Positions 12,290 through 24,720 of a stretch of 64,000 nucleotides of DNA are shown here, piece by piece (positions within the stretch are counted from its first letter, which is position 1; every line of letters begins with the position of its first letter). Made by a program: the position numbers and the translations under genes. Source of the DNA: Octopus sinensis. Its lineage: Eukaryota. The notes beneath the pieces were generated by a model. It did no database searches, was not told the origin of the DNA, and saw only the letters and a list, made by a program, of their open reading frames with translations. The stretch covers positions 45,012,001 through 45,076,000 of the forward strand of contig NC_042999.1 in the NCBI RefSeq assembly GCF_006345805.1. Direction: 5' to 3'.

Positions 12290-13110
12290 TTCTAAACCCT
12301 CTCCTCTTCTTCCTCCCTCTCCTGCTTCCTTCTCCCTCTCCTGCTACCCCTCCCTCTCCTGCTTCCTCTTCCCTTTCCTGCTTCCTCCTCCCTCTCCTGC
12401 TTCCTCCTCCCTCTCCTGCTTCCTCTTCCCTCTCCTCTTCCATCTTTTCTTCCTCCTCCCTCTCCTCTTCCATCTTTACTTCCTCCTCCCTCTCCTCTTC
12501 CTTCTCCCTCTCCTCTTCCTTCTCCCTCTCCTCTTCATTCTCCCTCTCCTCTTCCTTCTCCCTCTCCTCTTCCTTCTCCTCTCCTCTTCCTCCTCCCTTT
12601 CCTCCTCCCTTTCCTCCTCCCTTTCCTCCTCCCTTTCCTCCTCCCTTTCCTCCTCCCTTTCCTCCTCCCTTTCCTCCTCCCTTTCCTCCTCTCTTTCCCC
12701 TACTTTCCTACTCCTTCTATTCCACCACCACCTGCTCCTTCTCCCCCTCCATTACAACCATCTCAACCCTCTCCCTCTCCACTATCTCCACCCTTTCCCC
12801 TACCTTCCTACTCCTTCTCTTCCACCACCACCTGCTCCTTCTCCCCCTCCATTACCACCATCTCAACCCTCTCCCTCTCCACTATCTCCACCCTTTCCTC
12901 CTTCCTTTCTTCCTCCCTTTCCTCCTCTCTTTCCTCCTCCCTTTCCTCCTCCCTTTCCTCCTCTCTTTCCTCCTCCATTTCTTCCTCCTTTTCCACCTCC
13001 CTCTCTTCCTTCCTTTCCTCCTCCCTTTCTCCCTCTCTTTCCACCTCCCTCTCTTTCCTCCCTCCTCTCTTCCTCCTCCATCTCTTCCCCCTCCCTTCCT
13101 CCTCCTCCTC
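12290..13110. repeat. ~820-bp polypyrimidine/polypurine tract (CT-rich trinucleotide-like repeats)
   Basis: Almost only C/T on the + strand; internal ~100-bp duplication at about 12720 and 12820. The 292-aa ORF is an artefact. Confidence 0.95.
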
Positions 13111-13111
13111 C

Positions 13112-13480
13112 TTTTGTAGGGCTGTATGTTTAACGACACTCACAAACAAACCTGTTTTTATTGCACTTTGTATTTTCTGTGTTGCTCTTTGGATGAAAAA
13201 TAATGACATTTACACACCAGGAGAGACATACAGATGGAATCTATAACAATTTATATATATCAATCTGTGGCTGGGTCATCCTCCTCCTCCTCCTCCTTTT
13301 GTAGGGCTGTATGTTTAACGACACTCACAAACAAACCTGTTTTTATTGCACTTTGTATTTTCTGTGTTGCTCTTTGGATGAAAAATAATGACATTTACAC
13401 ACCAGGAGAGACATACAGATGGAATCTATAACAATTTATATATATCAATCTGTGGCTGGGTCATCCTCCTCCTCCTCATC
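13112..13480. repeat. Tandem duplication, 185-bp period, apparently identical copies
   Basis: TTTTGTAGGGCTGTATG... begins at 13112 and again at 13297; both copies are bounded by (TCC)n. Confidence 0.9.
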
Positions 13481-13855
13481 ATCGTCATTTAACTATCATT
13501 TTCCATGCTGGCAATGGGTTGGACAGTTTGACCAGGGCTGGCAAGCTGAGGGGCTGTACCAGTCTCCAGTCTGATTTGGCATGGTTCCTATAGCTGGATG
13601 CCCTTCCTATCATCACCCATTCTGAGAATGTAATGAGTGCTCTTATGTTCTACCAGCACAGGTGCCTGTTGTATGATACCACTATCTGCCACAACTATGA
13701 TTTCATTTGGCTTGATGGGTCTTCCACTCAAGCATGGCATATTGCCAAAGGTCTCAGTCATTTGTTATCACCTCCGTGAGGCCCAATGTTTGAAGGGTGC
13801 TTTTTATGTGCCACTGGCATGAGTTCTAGTTACACAACACTAGCATCAGCTACAT
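13478..13855 (-). mobile_element. Family D short retroelement (RTE-like GGAAGGGCATCCAGCT motif, (GAT)n tail)
   Basis: CATCATCGTCATTTAAC...GCTGGATGCCCTTCCT on the + strand. Confidence 0.7.
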
Positions 13856-13856
13856 T

Positions 13857-14395
13857 AAGGCGGTGAGATGGCAGAAACGTTAGCACGCTGGGCGTAATGC
13901 TTAGCGGTATTTCGTCTGCCGCTACATTCTGAGTTCAAATTTCGCTGAGGTACATTTTGCCTTTCATCCTTTTGGGGTCGATTAAATAAGTACCAGTTAC
14001 GCACTGGAGTCGATATAATCGACTTAATCCATTTGTTTGTCCTTGTTTGTCTCCTCTGTGTTTAGCCCCTTCTGAGCAGTAAAGAAATAGGTATTTCATC
14101 TGCCGCTACATTCTGAGTTCAAATTCTGTCGTGGTCGACTTTGCCTTTCATCATTTTGGGATCGATTAAATAAGTACGAGTTATACACTGGGGGTCGATA
14201 TATACGACTTAATCCATTTGTCTGTCCATGTGTTATATTGCACGTTCAGATGACCTCTACTCAACTCCTCGACATCTAGATTTCTCCCTCTATATCTACG
14301 TATTGGGCTAGCCTACCTCATTGTCTGGGGATGTCGACACAACACCTTGTTTGCCCCATCTGTGTGTAGCCCCTTGTGGGCAGTAAAGAAATAAG
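13857..14395 (+). mobile_element. SINE family B head-to-tail dimer, second unit split by a mini-LTR
   Basis: TGGCAGAAACGTTAG A-box, GAGTTCAAAT B-box, GCCTTTCATCCTTT.GGGTCGAT.AAATAAGTACCAG central domain; junction AAAGAAATAGGTATTTC at 14081-14097. Confidence 0.85.
14231..14344. mobile_element. 114-bp solo-LTR-like unit
   Basis: TGTT...AACA ends, flanked by CCATG / CCTTG (5-bp TSD, one mismatch), interrupting a SINE B; its 3' part is homologous to 40869-41016. Confidence 0.55.
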
Positions 14396-15049
14396 CACCA
14401 GCTACATTGCCTCCATGAGGCTCAATGCCTGAAAGGTGCTCTTTATGTGCCACTGGCACAGGTGTAAGTTACATGACATCAGCATTAGCCATGACTTCTA
14501 TTTCACTTGGCTTGATGGGTCTTCTACTCAAGCACAGCATATTGGCAAAGGTCTCAGTCATTAGCCATTACCTCTGTGAGGCCCAATGTTTTTCCTGGTT
14601 CTACCTCTTTCAAAGATTCCCTTTCAGAGTTAGTGATCGGCACTTCTTTACACAGTTGTGCTTGTCCATACGCATCACATGAGAATATCAGTGCAGTCGT
14701 CTCTCTCTCTTGCACACCACATCGCAAGTGGAAAATAGTCGCACTATATTCATGACAGAAAACTTTGTGTCTTCTAAACTGCCATGAGAATGGAGACATC
14801 AAATTGCTGCCTTAATATTCTGTGAGCAGCTACCTCACATTTGGAGTTACAGTCAAAAGCCACCATTATCTAGGACTCAATGGGAAAGTTCTAGAAAGCC
14901 AAATCACACAATGGCTTGATGCTGATTGGTCAGTTAATCGGTTGATCACATGAAACAACTGTAGCTTAGCCATTATGTCTACTTGGCTATCTGGTGATTT
15001 GGTTTTGAATCTGCCACAGTTTTATGTGGTTAAACAAAACTCAGTAAAA

Positions 15050-15399
15050 TGATAGTAGAATTAGAAGAAAACACACATACACATATACACACATATACAC
15101 TATCTGCACATACACATATCCATACATACACATACAAATATATATACACTAATCTTCACACATATGTGAACATACACACACATTCACTCATACATGTGCA
15201 CACACATACATGCATATACAAGTACACATATGAAAGCATACATGCACTTTTAGACATACACATACATGTACACACATTTACACACACACGCACACAGACA
15301 TACACATGTCTCCACTACACACAAACATGCACATACACAGATACACACACATACACACAGACACACACACACAAATGCTTATACACGTACACATACATG

Positions 15400-15433
<34 letters not shown>

Positions 15434-15470
15434 ACACACACACACACACACATGCACATGCGTATATGCT
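15050..15470. repeat. Degenerate (CA/TA)n tract
   Basis: Direct inspection. Confidence 0.9.
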
Positions 15471-15737
15471 TGTAGAAAATTAGTTTCAATCAATTTACAA
15501 TCACCATGGGAATATGCTTCACATTTTTTCTCCCATGTGTTTTCAAGGCATATGGTTCTTTTCACAACCTGGCAATTCTGAAATCAGTTACAGAATATTG
15601 GCAACAACCCTGCAAAAATAGTGGTAACGATGAATATTAGCATATCAAAGTAATTGCAAAATACATTCATTATCGAACACTTTTGTTATTTGAATATTTT
15701 TCTCATTGAATATACCTACCCTTTTTTTAAAATATAA

Positions 15738-15739
<2 letters not shown>

Positions 15740-15774
<35 letters not shown>

Positions 15775-16007
15775 TGTGTGTATAAACACACACACACACA
15801 TAAAATTATATCTTTATATTAAATCTATATTAAATCTATATCTATCTATTTACTATCTATCTATCTATCTGTTTGTCTGTCTGTCTATCTATCTGTATGT
15901 GTGTGTGTGTATATATATATATACATAAGTATATCACACAACACACATCTTTCTCGCTCTCTCTCTATATATATATCAAATAATGTAATATAATGTGTGT
16001 GTGTATT

Positions 16008-16065
<58 letters not shown>

Positions 16066-16106
16066 TAGATGGATAGATAAATAGATAGATAGATAGATAG
16101 AAAGAT

Positions 16107-16146
<40 letters not shown>

Positions 16147-16222
16147 TGATAGATAGACCCAAAATCTTCATTTTTTTGTTTTGCTTTATGTGTGTGTATG
16201 TGTGTGTGTGTATATATGCATG

Positions 16223-16258
<36 letters not shown>

Positions 16259-16270
16259 CATATACACACA
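15740..16270. repeat. Compound (TG)n/(TA)n/(GATA)n microsatellites
   Basis: Direct inspection. Confidence 0.9.
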
Positions 16271-16894
16271 TATTTGTGTGTATATATCCCAAAATATCAT
16301 TTATTTATGTCTGCCTTATAGCGATAGATATATCTGAAATTAAATTTTAAAATAATCTATAATGAGAACAGCAAATCAATGAATGATTATTAAAACAAAG
16401 TAGTTTTATATTATAAAAAAAAATAAATGCAATAAAATAGTATATTTTTAATTTAAGAACAGCAAGCCAATGATATAAATAAATAATTAAAGAACATGTA
16501 AAGTAATAAGAATATATACTATCATCATAAGTATCATGAATGTTGATAACCATTTCAATTATTACGAGTGTGTGTAGTTGGTCCTTCAAGCATTTGTCTA
16601 GACATGCATAGTGCCACAGCTTTCAACCAATCAATGACAACTATCCGAAATGCCTACATTCAGATTTGCCTTTTGATTTTGTAAGCTGGTGTGGATCAAA
16701 TAAAAGGTGTAATTTCTCTTGGAAATTCACAGAGAATTTGAGTGCAGTGTGTCGCATTGTTACTCTGAGCAAAATTCCTCTTCTGTGTATTCTTATCAGA
16801 ACAATATTGTCATTATGCTTTTCTTTTAAGCATTTGTCTGTTGTACATTTTACATTTCTTGTGAGAACTGTCTCCCTTCCTACAAAAGAATCCA

Positions 16895-17400
16895 TTTATG
16901 TGTGTGTGTGTTAAGATGTTTGCTTCCTAACCATATGGTTCTGGGTTTAGTTCCACTACATAGCACCTTGGCTAGAAGTCTTCTACTGCAGTTCCAGGCC
17001 AACTGAGACATGGTAAGTGAATTAGGTAGATGTAAATTGAAAGAAGCCCATTATATATATATTTAAGCATTGTGAGTGGATTTGGTTGACAGAAACTGAA
17101 AGAAGCCCATCACATATATATATATATATTCTTTTACTCTTTTACTTGTTTCAGTCATTTGACTGCGGCCATGCTGGTGCACCACCTTTAATCGAGCAAC
17201 TCGACCCCGGGACTTATTCTTTGTAAGCCCACTACTTATTCTATCGGTTTCTTTTTGCTGAACCGCTAACTGACGGGAACATAAACACACCAGCATCGGT
17301 TGTCAAGCAATGCTAGGGGGACAAACACAGACACACATACATATATATATATACATATATACGACGGGCTTCTTTCAGTTTCCGTCTACCAAATCCACTC
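16895..17400. mobile_element. Two partial SINE A copies in opposite orientation
   Basis: Plus-strand head 16895-17115; antisense body 17128-17400. Confidence 0.75.
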
Positions 17401-18104
17401 ACATATTATATATAAATAATTAAGATTCAGTTGAATAAGGTACTTAAGTTGATGCACATTATCTAGTGATTGAAAACAAGGGGTCAAAGGTAAAGAAAAT
17501 ACAATAAATCGTTCTATAACAGATAAGGTTATTTAAATATATAAATATATAAAAAAATTTACCAATTATGAAAAGTCATAAAGGATGTAATGATATAAAG
17601 AGATATAACAGCATAAACATATGGCATACACATATATTTTCTTTGCCTTTGATCCCTTATTTTCAGTCAATAGGTAATGTGTACCTCCTTCCCTGATATA
17701 TTCTGAATGTAAGTTAGGCTTATTGTTTGAATGGTTTTATTATGACCACCTGTATGTTCTGCTGGGATGAATTATTATGAAATTTTTTATATATAAGTAA
17801 TCTTCTTCTTTAGTGCTTAAATTGGTCTATTTATCCTTATTATCTTACTTAGTCCTTATATCCCCTTCCTATATTAAAATTTTTTACTTATATTATACTA
17901 AATATAATAATACATAGATTTTGCTATATTTTGCTTATATCTATCTCTTTCTTCTGTACTCCTAATGTCCATCAAGATCTCACTGTAGTGCCCTATATTT
18001 TCAATTGTAGGCCCCTTTAGCTGATAATAATGAAAGAGTTTATGTCTCCTTGACCTACCTATTTTTCTGGACATTTACCACTATCTAAATGACTTCCTCT
18101 GAGA

Positions 18105-18525
18105 TTTACTCTTTTACGCTTTTACTTGTTTCAGTCATTTGACTGCGGCCATGCTGGAGCACCGTCTTTAGTCAAGCAAATCGGCCCCAGGACTTATTCT
18201 TTGTAAGCCTTGTACTTATTCTACCAGTCTCTTTTGCCAAACCACTAAGTTACGGGGACATGAACACACCAGCATTGGTTGTCAAGCGATGTTAGGGGAA
18301 CAAACACAGACACACAAACATATACACAAACATACATATATACATACATACATATATATATACGACGAGCTTCTTTCAGTTTCCATCTACTAAATCCACT
18401 CACAAGGCTTTGGTCGGCCCGAGGCTATAGTAGAAGACATTTGCCCAAGGTGCCATGCAGTGGGAATGAACCCAGAATCATGTGGTTGGTAAGCAAGCTA
18501 CTTAGCTCACAGCCACTCCTACTCC
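18105..18525 (-). mobile_element. SINE family A, full length
   Basis: Antisense homology to 7708-8095. Confidence 0.9.
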
Positions 18526-18554
18526 TATGATTAATTCTATTAACAATTTGCATT

Positions 18555-18770
18555 AGTTTGCCCGAAAGGACTGCAAAACAGATTCTTCAAGCAGAGCCAA
18601 CTGACAGGAGACCTAGGAGCAAACCACAAGTGAAATGGTTGAACAATACCCATTGTCTCTATTGGCCACACTTGGGAATCAAGCAGAGAAATTTAATGAT
18701 GGTTGCTTCTGACAAGACCCTATGGCACTTGATAACTTTCCTAAAACCCTCTTAGGAATAGTGGTTGGTG
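18555..18770 (+). mobile_element. RTE-clade LINE ORF C-terminal remnant
   Basis: PERTAKQILQAEPTDRRPRSKPQVKW...VASDK..W resembles the RTE G.RPRGRP..RW.D...A.DR..WR terminus. Confidence 0.6.
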
Positions 18771-18904
18771 TAAATGAACAGAAAGAATTTGCATTAAATT
18801 ACTAAAATTTAAATTTATTTAACCTCCTCTCACCAGGATAATGTCAACATGGTGACACGAATGTAAAATTCGAACAATTTTTTTTTAAATTTCAGAACAC
18901 AGTT

Positions 18905-19300
18905 ACTCTTTTACTTGTTTCAGTCATTTGACTGTGGCCATGCTGGGGCACCACCTTTAGTCGTGGAAATCAATCGCAGGACTTATTCTTTGTAAGCCTT
19001 GTACTTATTCTATTGGTCTCTTTTGCCGAATTGTTAAGTTACGGGGATGTAAAAACCAACATCGGTTGTCATTCGATGTTGGTGGGGGGACAAATACAGA
19101 CACACAAACACACACACATATATATACATATACATACATACAACTGGCTTCTTTCAGTTTCTGTCTACCAAATCCACTCACAAGGCTTTGGTCGGTCCAA
19201 GGCTATAGTAGAAGACACTTGCCCAAGGTGCCATGCAGTGGGACTGAACATAGAACCATGTGGTTGGTAAGCAAGCTACATACCACACAGCCACTACTGC
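18905..19300 (-). mobile_element. SINE family A, full length
   Basis: Antisense homology to 7708-8095. Confidence 0.9.
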
Positions 19301-19404
19301 GCCTTACTAAATATTTGTTCCATGGTCACTTATTTTACCACCAATGTTTGAAATAGTAGCAGAATATAATGAAGAATTTTGTGCTCTGCTCTTTCAACTA
19401 TTCA

Positions 19405-19660
19405 TATCATCATCATCATCATCATCATCATCATCGTCATCCTTTAACATCCACCTTCCATGCTGGCATGGGTTTGACGGTTTAACAGGAGCTGGCTAGG
19501 CAGAGGACTGCACCAGACTTCTGTGTCTCTTTTAGCATGGTTTTTTTATGACTGGATGCCCTTCCTAACACCAACCACCCAGCAGTGGACTGAGTACTTT
19601 TTAATGTGGCACAAGCACAGGCGGGGTAAGTTTTGGCATAGTTTTTACGGCTGGATACCC
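19405..19660 (-). mobile_element. Family D element
   Basis: (CAT)n, TTTAACATCCACCTTCCATGCTGGCATGGG..., CTGGATGCCCTTCCTAAC. Confidence 0.7.
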
Positions 19661-20065
19661 TTCCAAATGCCAACTACTATACCGTGTGGACTAGATGCTT
19701 TTTATGTGGCACCAGCACCTCTATTTTTATTTTTATCTGTTTCTTTTATTTGACTGTGGCCATGCTGGGGCACCATTTTGAATAACTTTTAGTACCCTTC
19801 CAAACACCAACTACTATACCGTGTGGACTAGATGCTTTTTATGTGGCACCAGCACCTCTATTTTTATTTTTATCTGTTTCTTTTATTTGACTGTGGCCAT
19901 GCTGGGGCACCATTTTGAATAACTTTTAGTACCCTTCCAAACACCAACTACTATACCGTGTGGACTAGATGCTTTTTATGTGGCACCAGCACCTCTATTT
20001 TAATTTTTATGTTTCTTTTATTTGACTGTGGCCATGCTGGGGCACCATTTTGAATAACTTTTAGT
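19659..20065. repeat. Three tandem 137-bp units spanning a family D / SINE A junction
   Basis: CCTTCCAAA starts at 19659, 19796 and 19933. Confidence 0.9.
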
Positions 20066-20231
20066 CAAATGAATTGATCCCAGTATTTATTTTTTTAAAG
20101 CCTTGTACTTATTCTATCATTCCCTTTTTACTGAACCACTAAGTTATGGGGATGTAAGCAAATAAACACCAGTGGCCAAGTGGTGATGGGGACAAGCACA
20201 GACACAACTCTCCCCACATACACACACACAT

Positions 20232-20281
<50 letters not shown>

Positions 20282-20400
20282 ACACACACACAATGGACTT
20301 CCTTCAGTTTCCATTTACCAAATCCACTCACAAAGCTTTGGCTGGCCTGAGGCTATAGTAGAAGACACCCAAGGTGTCACATAGTGGGACTGAACCTGCC
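20060..20400 (-). mobile_element. SINE family A (diverged)
   Basis: Antisense homology with an internal (CA)n. Confidence 0.75.
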
Positions 20401-20520
20401 TGAAAAGCAATCTTCTTTGAGGGACAACACTGGATGAAATGCTCATTTATAATAGATTTTAAAAGGGACTTGTTAATTACAATGATTATGAGGAAAAAAT
20501 AGTAAATAAACTCATTTTTG

Positions 20521-20700
20521 TTGTGTCTGGGGAGAGTCATTTTCTTTTTGTGTCTTATAACGTAACACACTCACCGGTAAAATTTCCACTTATTTCTTAT
20601 TTTTATTTTCCTAAAATTTTCATTGCGTCTTGCAACCTTTTTACCGGTGAGTGTGTTACATTATAAGGTACAAAAAGAAAATGACTCTCCCCAAACACAA
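20521..20700. repeat. Inverted repeat, 60-bp arms with 60-bp spacer (MITE-like core)
   Basis: 20521-20580 versus reverse complement of 20641-20700: about 4 mismatches. Confidence 0.85.
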
Positions 20701-21429
20701 CAGAATATGCTTCAACACACGAACTCATATAAAGAATCTTGCAAACCAAATCCAAGAACGAAATATAAACTCATTTTGCTTACCAGAAACCCATGCTAGC
20801 ATGGAGAACGGACGTTAAACGACGATGATGATGATGATGATGAAACTTTTAAAAATAACTGCTGAATATTATCTCAACTACCTGAGATCAATTTACACAA
20901 AATATTTACCAATTCTGCATTGAACTGATCCTTAAAATTTTTAAATACAGAAAGGACTTGTCAGGATAACACAGTCCTAGATACATTATGCCTGAAAAAA
21001 AAAAAAAAAAAAAATTGGGGATGGTTATGTTTGGAACATTTGCTTTATCAGACCTGTCTTGGAGCTAAATAATAACCTGTTTTGCCTGGCAAATTTCTCT
21101 GTAACATTCTCTACTTTCTTTAAAACGGAGACAATATGTTGTGAATCATAAAAATTTTGTTGCAACATGTCTCACAATAATGATGGGATTTCAGCCATGA
21201 ATAGAATACTAATTGAATGGTTCGTTCGATTGGTTATTGTAATTCAAGCAGAGCTGACTGGTGCTTCCATACAGTAGCAACAATGGTAATTCTTGAGGTA
21301 TTAATTTGTTTGTTTAAATCAGGGGTATGGGGAATTGCAAATACATAACAATCTGTGGGACAACAATATATGTGCTGAGAAAAATAATGAAGCTTCAATT
21401 TTACAAGTTTATAATACCATTCTCCTTTT

Positions 21430-21875
21430 CCTTTGTTTTCATCAGTGGACTGTGGCCATGCTGGGGCACTGCTCTGAAGTGTTTAATCAAACAAACCGAA
21501 GCAGAAATTTACTCTTTACTCTTACTCTTTTACTTGTTTCAGTCAATTGACTGTGGCCATGCTGGAGCACCGCCATTAGTTGAGCAAATCGACCCCAGGA
21601 CTTATTCTTTGTAAGCCTGGTACTTATTCTATCGGTCTCTTTTGCCGAACCACTAAGTTACAGGGACGTAAACCCACCAGCATCGGTTGTTAAGCGATGT
21701 TGGGGGCACAAAAACAGACACACAAACACACACACACACACACACACACATACACACATATAAATATATACGACAGGCTTCTTTCAGTTTCCTTCTCTTT
21801 ACTGATCTGCAGAGTTATGGTGGATGTAAACAAACCAACAATGGTTGTCAAGCAGTGTGAGGGATAAATGCAAAG

Positions 21876-21912
<37 letters not shown>

Positions 21913-22070
21913 AATACACAATAGGCTTCCACACAGTTTCCACCAGCCAAATTTGCTTACAAGGCATTGGTTGGGTTGGTGTAAGGCATTGGTTGGGTTG
22001 GTGTTACGGTTGAAGACACTTGCTCAAGGTGCAGTGGAGCTGGTTGACAGCTGAAACCAAATTCACATGG
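21430..22070 (-). mobile_element. Stacked SINE A copies
   Basis: Tail motif at 21430 and 21500; bodies 21500-21790 and 21790-22070. Confidence 0.75.
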
Positions 22071-22930
22071 TTGCAAAGCAATGCTATTCTGGGTTTGAAG
22101 TTAATCCTATTTTTTTGTTTTTTATATGGGTTTAGAAACTTTGTAAGTAGAGACTTTTGAAGTTGAATGCAGAAATAATTTGACCTATAGATAAGGGGAA
22201 TCCCATTTTCTATTTTGCTTTTTACAGCTTAGTCAAAGAGGGGAAAGGAAGTACCCACGGCCCTTTATTATTTTTATGTCTCCTAAGACAGGTGTAAAGG
22301 AGAGAAGAAAATGCCCTCAAACTGGAGATCTGGCATGAATACTTACAACAGATAGAACTCTGCTACTGGCATTTAAAGACCAGGTAGTGGTGTCAACTCA
22401 GTTGATGGATTAATTCTAACACCTACAAATTCAGAATACAGAGTAACAGAGACACAAATACCACACGGCATCTTGTCTGATGTTCTGACATTTCCACAAA
22501 TCTACTGCTTCGGACTAATATTTTATTTTATTGACTTTGAAAGGATGAAAGGATGAAAGGTGGCACTGACTTCAACATGATTTGAACTCAGAGTGCCAAG
22601 ATCAAGAACAAATGTCACAAAGCATTTTGTTTTACCCCCTACTGTCAAACAACTCAGCCAGTTTATTACCTCCCTGGTCTAAGCTGAAACTAGTAAAACT
22701 CCAATTTCTTACTGTTATTTCTGTATATGTGTAGGCATGGCTGTTAGGCAAGGGTGTAGCTGTTTGATAAGAAGTTTGTTTCCCAATCACGTGGTTCCAG
22801 GTTCAATCCCACTGCATGGCAACTTTGGCAAGTGTCTTCTACTATAGCCATGGGCTGACCAAAGCCTTATGAGTGGATTTGGTAGATGGAAACTGAAAGA
22901 AGTTAGTTGTATAAATATATATATATGTTT

Positions 22931-23465
22931 CTTTATTAGCCACACAAGGCCGAACACAGAGGGGACAAATTACAAAGTAGAGCTTTTCTTTTTGGGGAGA
23001 AAAATAAGGGGAGGGGGTAGGTTTCTATCAAAAGGGATTGAAAAAAAAAGGAAAAAAACGATCAATAGGGATTGTGTATCACAGAAATGTCATGATGTAA
23101 AGTGTAAAGGGGGAAACAGATAAGGTTTATCTGTGGAAAGAAAAGCCTACGGAAAAGACCACGGTAACTTTGGTCAATAATTTCACATGTTAACATATTT
23201 ATTTGCAAGTAACTAACTGTCTGTTTTAAATTTTTCCGGATTCATAGGATTATGCTGAAGGTGGCTTCGTCATTCATAGTGCCATCCTTGCTACATTCAC
23301 CCATCTTTTTTTGAAACATTCGCTAGACAAGACTTGTCTCTCTACTCTCACTTTCCTTTTCAAGTGATACTTGAAGAAGTTGATGAGAGATTGACCAGAG
23401 AGGAAAGTGTTTATCTCTAATCCTTTCAGACGCGTCCACCAGATACATTCTTTCGCCATAGCCAC
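22931..23465 (-). mobile_element. L1/Tx1-type LINE 3' end (ORF2 C-terminus plus 3' UTR)
   Basis: AKECIWWTRLKGL...FLSGQSLINFFKYHLKRKVRVERQVLS..CF.KRWVNVARMAL* resembles Tx1-clade ORF2 ends; AATAAA near the terminus (22932-22937 antisense). The clade call is from recall. Confidence 0.55.
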
Positions 23466-23789
23466 AAGTATGATGAAAATAGCTCTTCCTTCCCGTGTGT
23501 CTGTGTGTTTTTGTACCTTTGTTTGTCCTCCTGCTACAATTTGAGAACTGGTGTTGGTGTGTTTATGCCCATGTACTTAGCAGTTCGGTAAAAAAGACCG
23601 ATAGCATAAGTACCAGGCTTTAAAAACAAACAATAAGTACTGGAGTTGATTTGTTTGATTAAAAATGGTTCAAGGCAGTGCTCCAGCATGGCCATAGTGT
23701 ACTGACTGAAATAAGTCAGTACACTGTGATAAAAAAGATAAAAAGATAAAAAGACTGAAAAAAGATAAAAATTTGGGTCTTAAGTGGCA

Positions 23790-24720
23790 GTCATTTGCCT
23801 GTCAGACAAAATGCTTAATGGTGTTTCTTCCGGCTCTTTATGTTCCAAGTTCAAAGGTTGACTTTGTCCCTCATCCTTTTGAGATTGATAAAAGTAAACT
23901 TATCAATTGATCATTGAAGATTGATGTAATTGACTTAACAACTGCCTCTAATATTGGTTTTAAATTTTGGCATAAGGCCAGCAATTTTGAGGGAAGAGGG
24001 ATAGTTGATTTTATCGACCCCAGTATTTAACTGGTACTTATTTTATCAACCCCCGAAAGGATTATGGGGCAAGGTCAACCTTGGTGGAATTTGAACTCAG
24101 TATGTAAAGATGGGCAAAATGTCATGAAGCATTTTACCTGGCTTGCCAATGATTCGTATTTCTTTATTGCCCACAAGGGGCTAAACATAGAGGGGACAAA
24201 CAAGGACAGACAAAGGGATTAAGTCGATTACATCGACCTCCGGTGCATAACTGGTACTTAATTTATCGACCCCCGAAAGGATGAAAGGCAAAGTTGAACT
24301 CAGCGGAATTTGAACTCAGAACGTAACAGAAAATGAAATACCTATTTCTTTACTACCCACAAGGGGCTAAACACAGAGAGGACAGACAAGGACAGATAAA
24401 TGGATTAAGTTAATTATATCGACTCCAGTGCATAACTGGTACTTAATTTATCGACCCCGAAAGAATGAAAGGCAAAATCGACCTTGGCGGAATTTCAACT
24501 CAGAACGTAGCGGCAGACGAAATACTGCTAAGCATTTCGCTCGGCTTGCTAATATTTTTACCAGCTCGCCGCCTTCGCCTCCCCCAATACTGATTTCAAA
24601 TTTTGCCACAAGGCCAGCAATTTCAAGGGAAGGGTGAAGTCGATTGTATCGACCCCCAGTGCTCAACTGGTACTTATTTTTTAACCCCAAAAGGATGACA
24701 GGCAAAGTTGACCTCAGTGG
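23790..24720. mobile_element. Cluster of at least six SINE B units, mostly antisense
   Basis: Repeated AACTGGTACTT.ATTT.ATCGACCCC.AAAGGATGAAAGGCAA motifs; multimer junction at 24335-24348. Confidence 0.85.

Noticed and set aside
12255-13133. 292-aa Pro/Ser/Leu-rich ORF
   Set aside because: Product of the polypyrimidine tract.
17500-18100. AT-rich block with faint retroelement-like translation on the minus strand
   Set aside because: Too degraded to assign; no diagnostic motif recovered.
22347-22422. Minus-strand segment with a good acceptor and a GTAAGT donor
   Set aside because: Stops in all three frames and no linkage evidence; could be a non-coding exon or chance.
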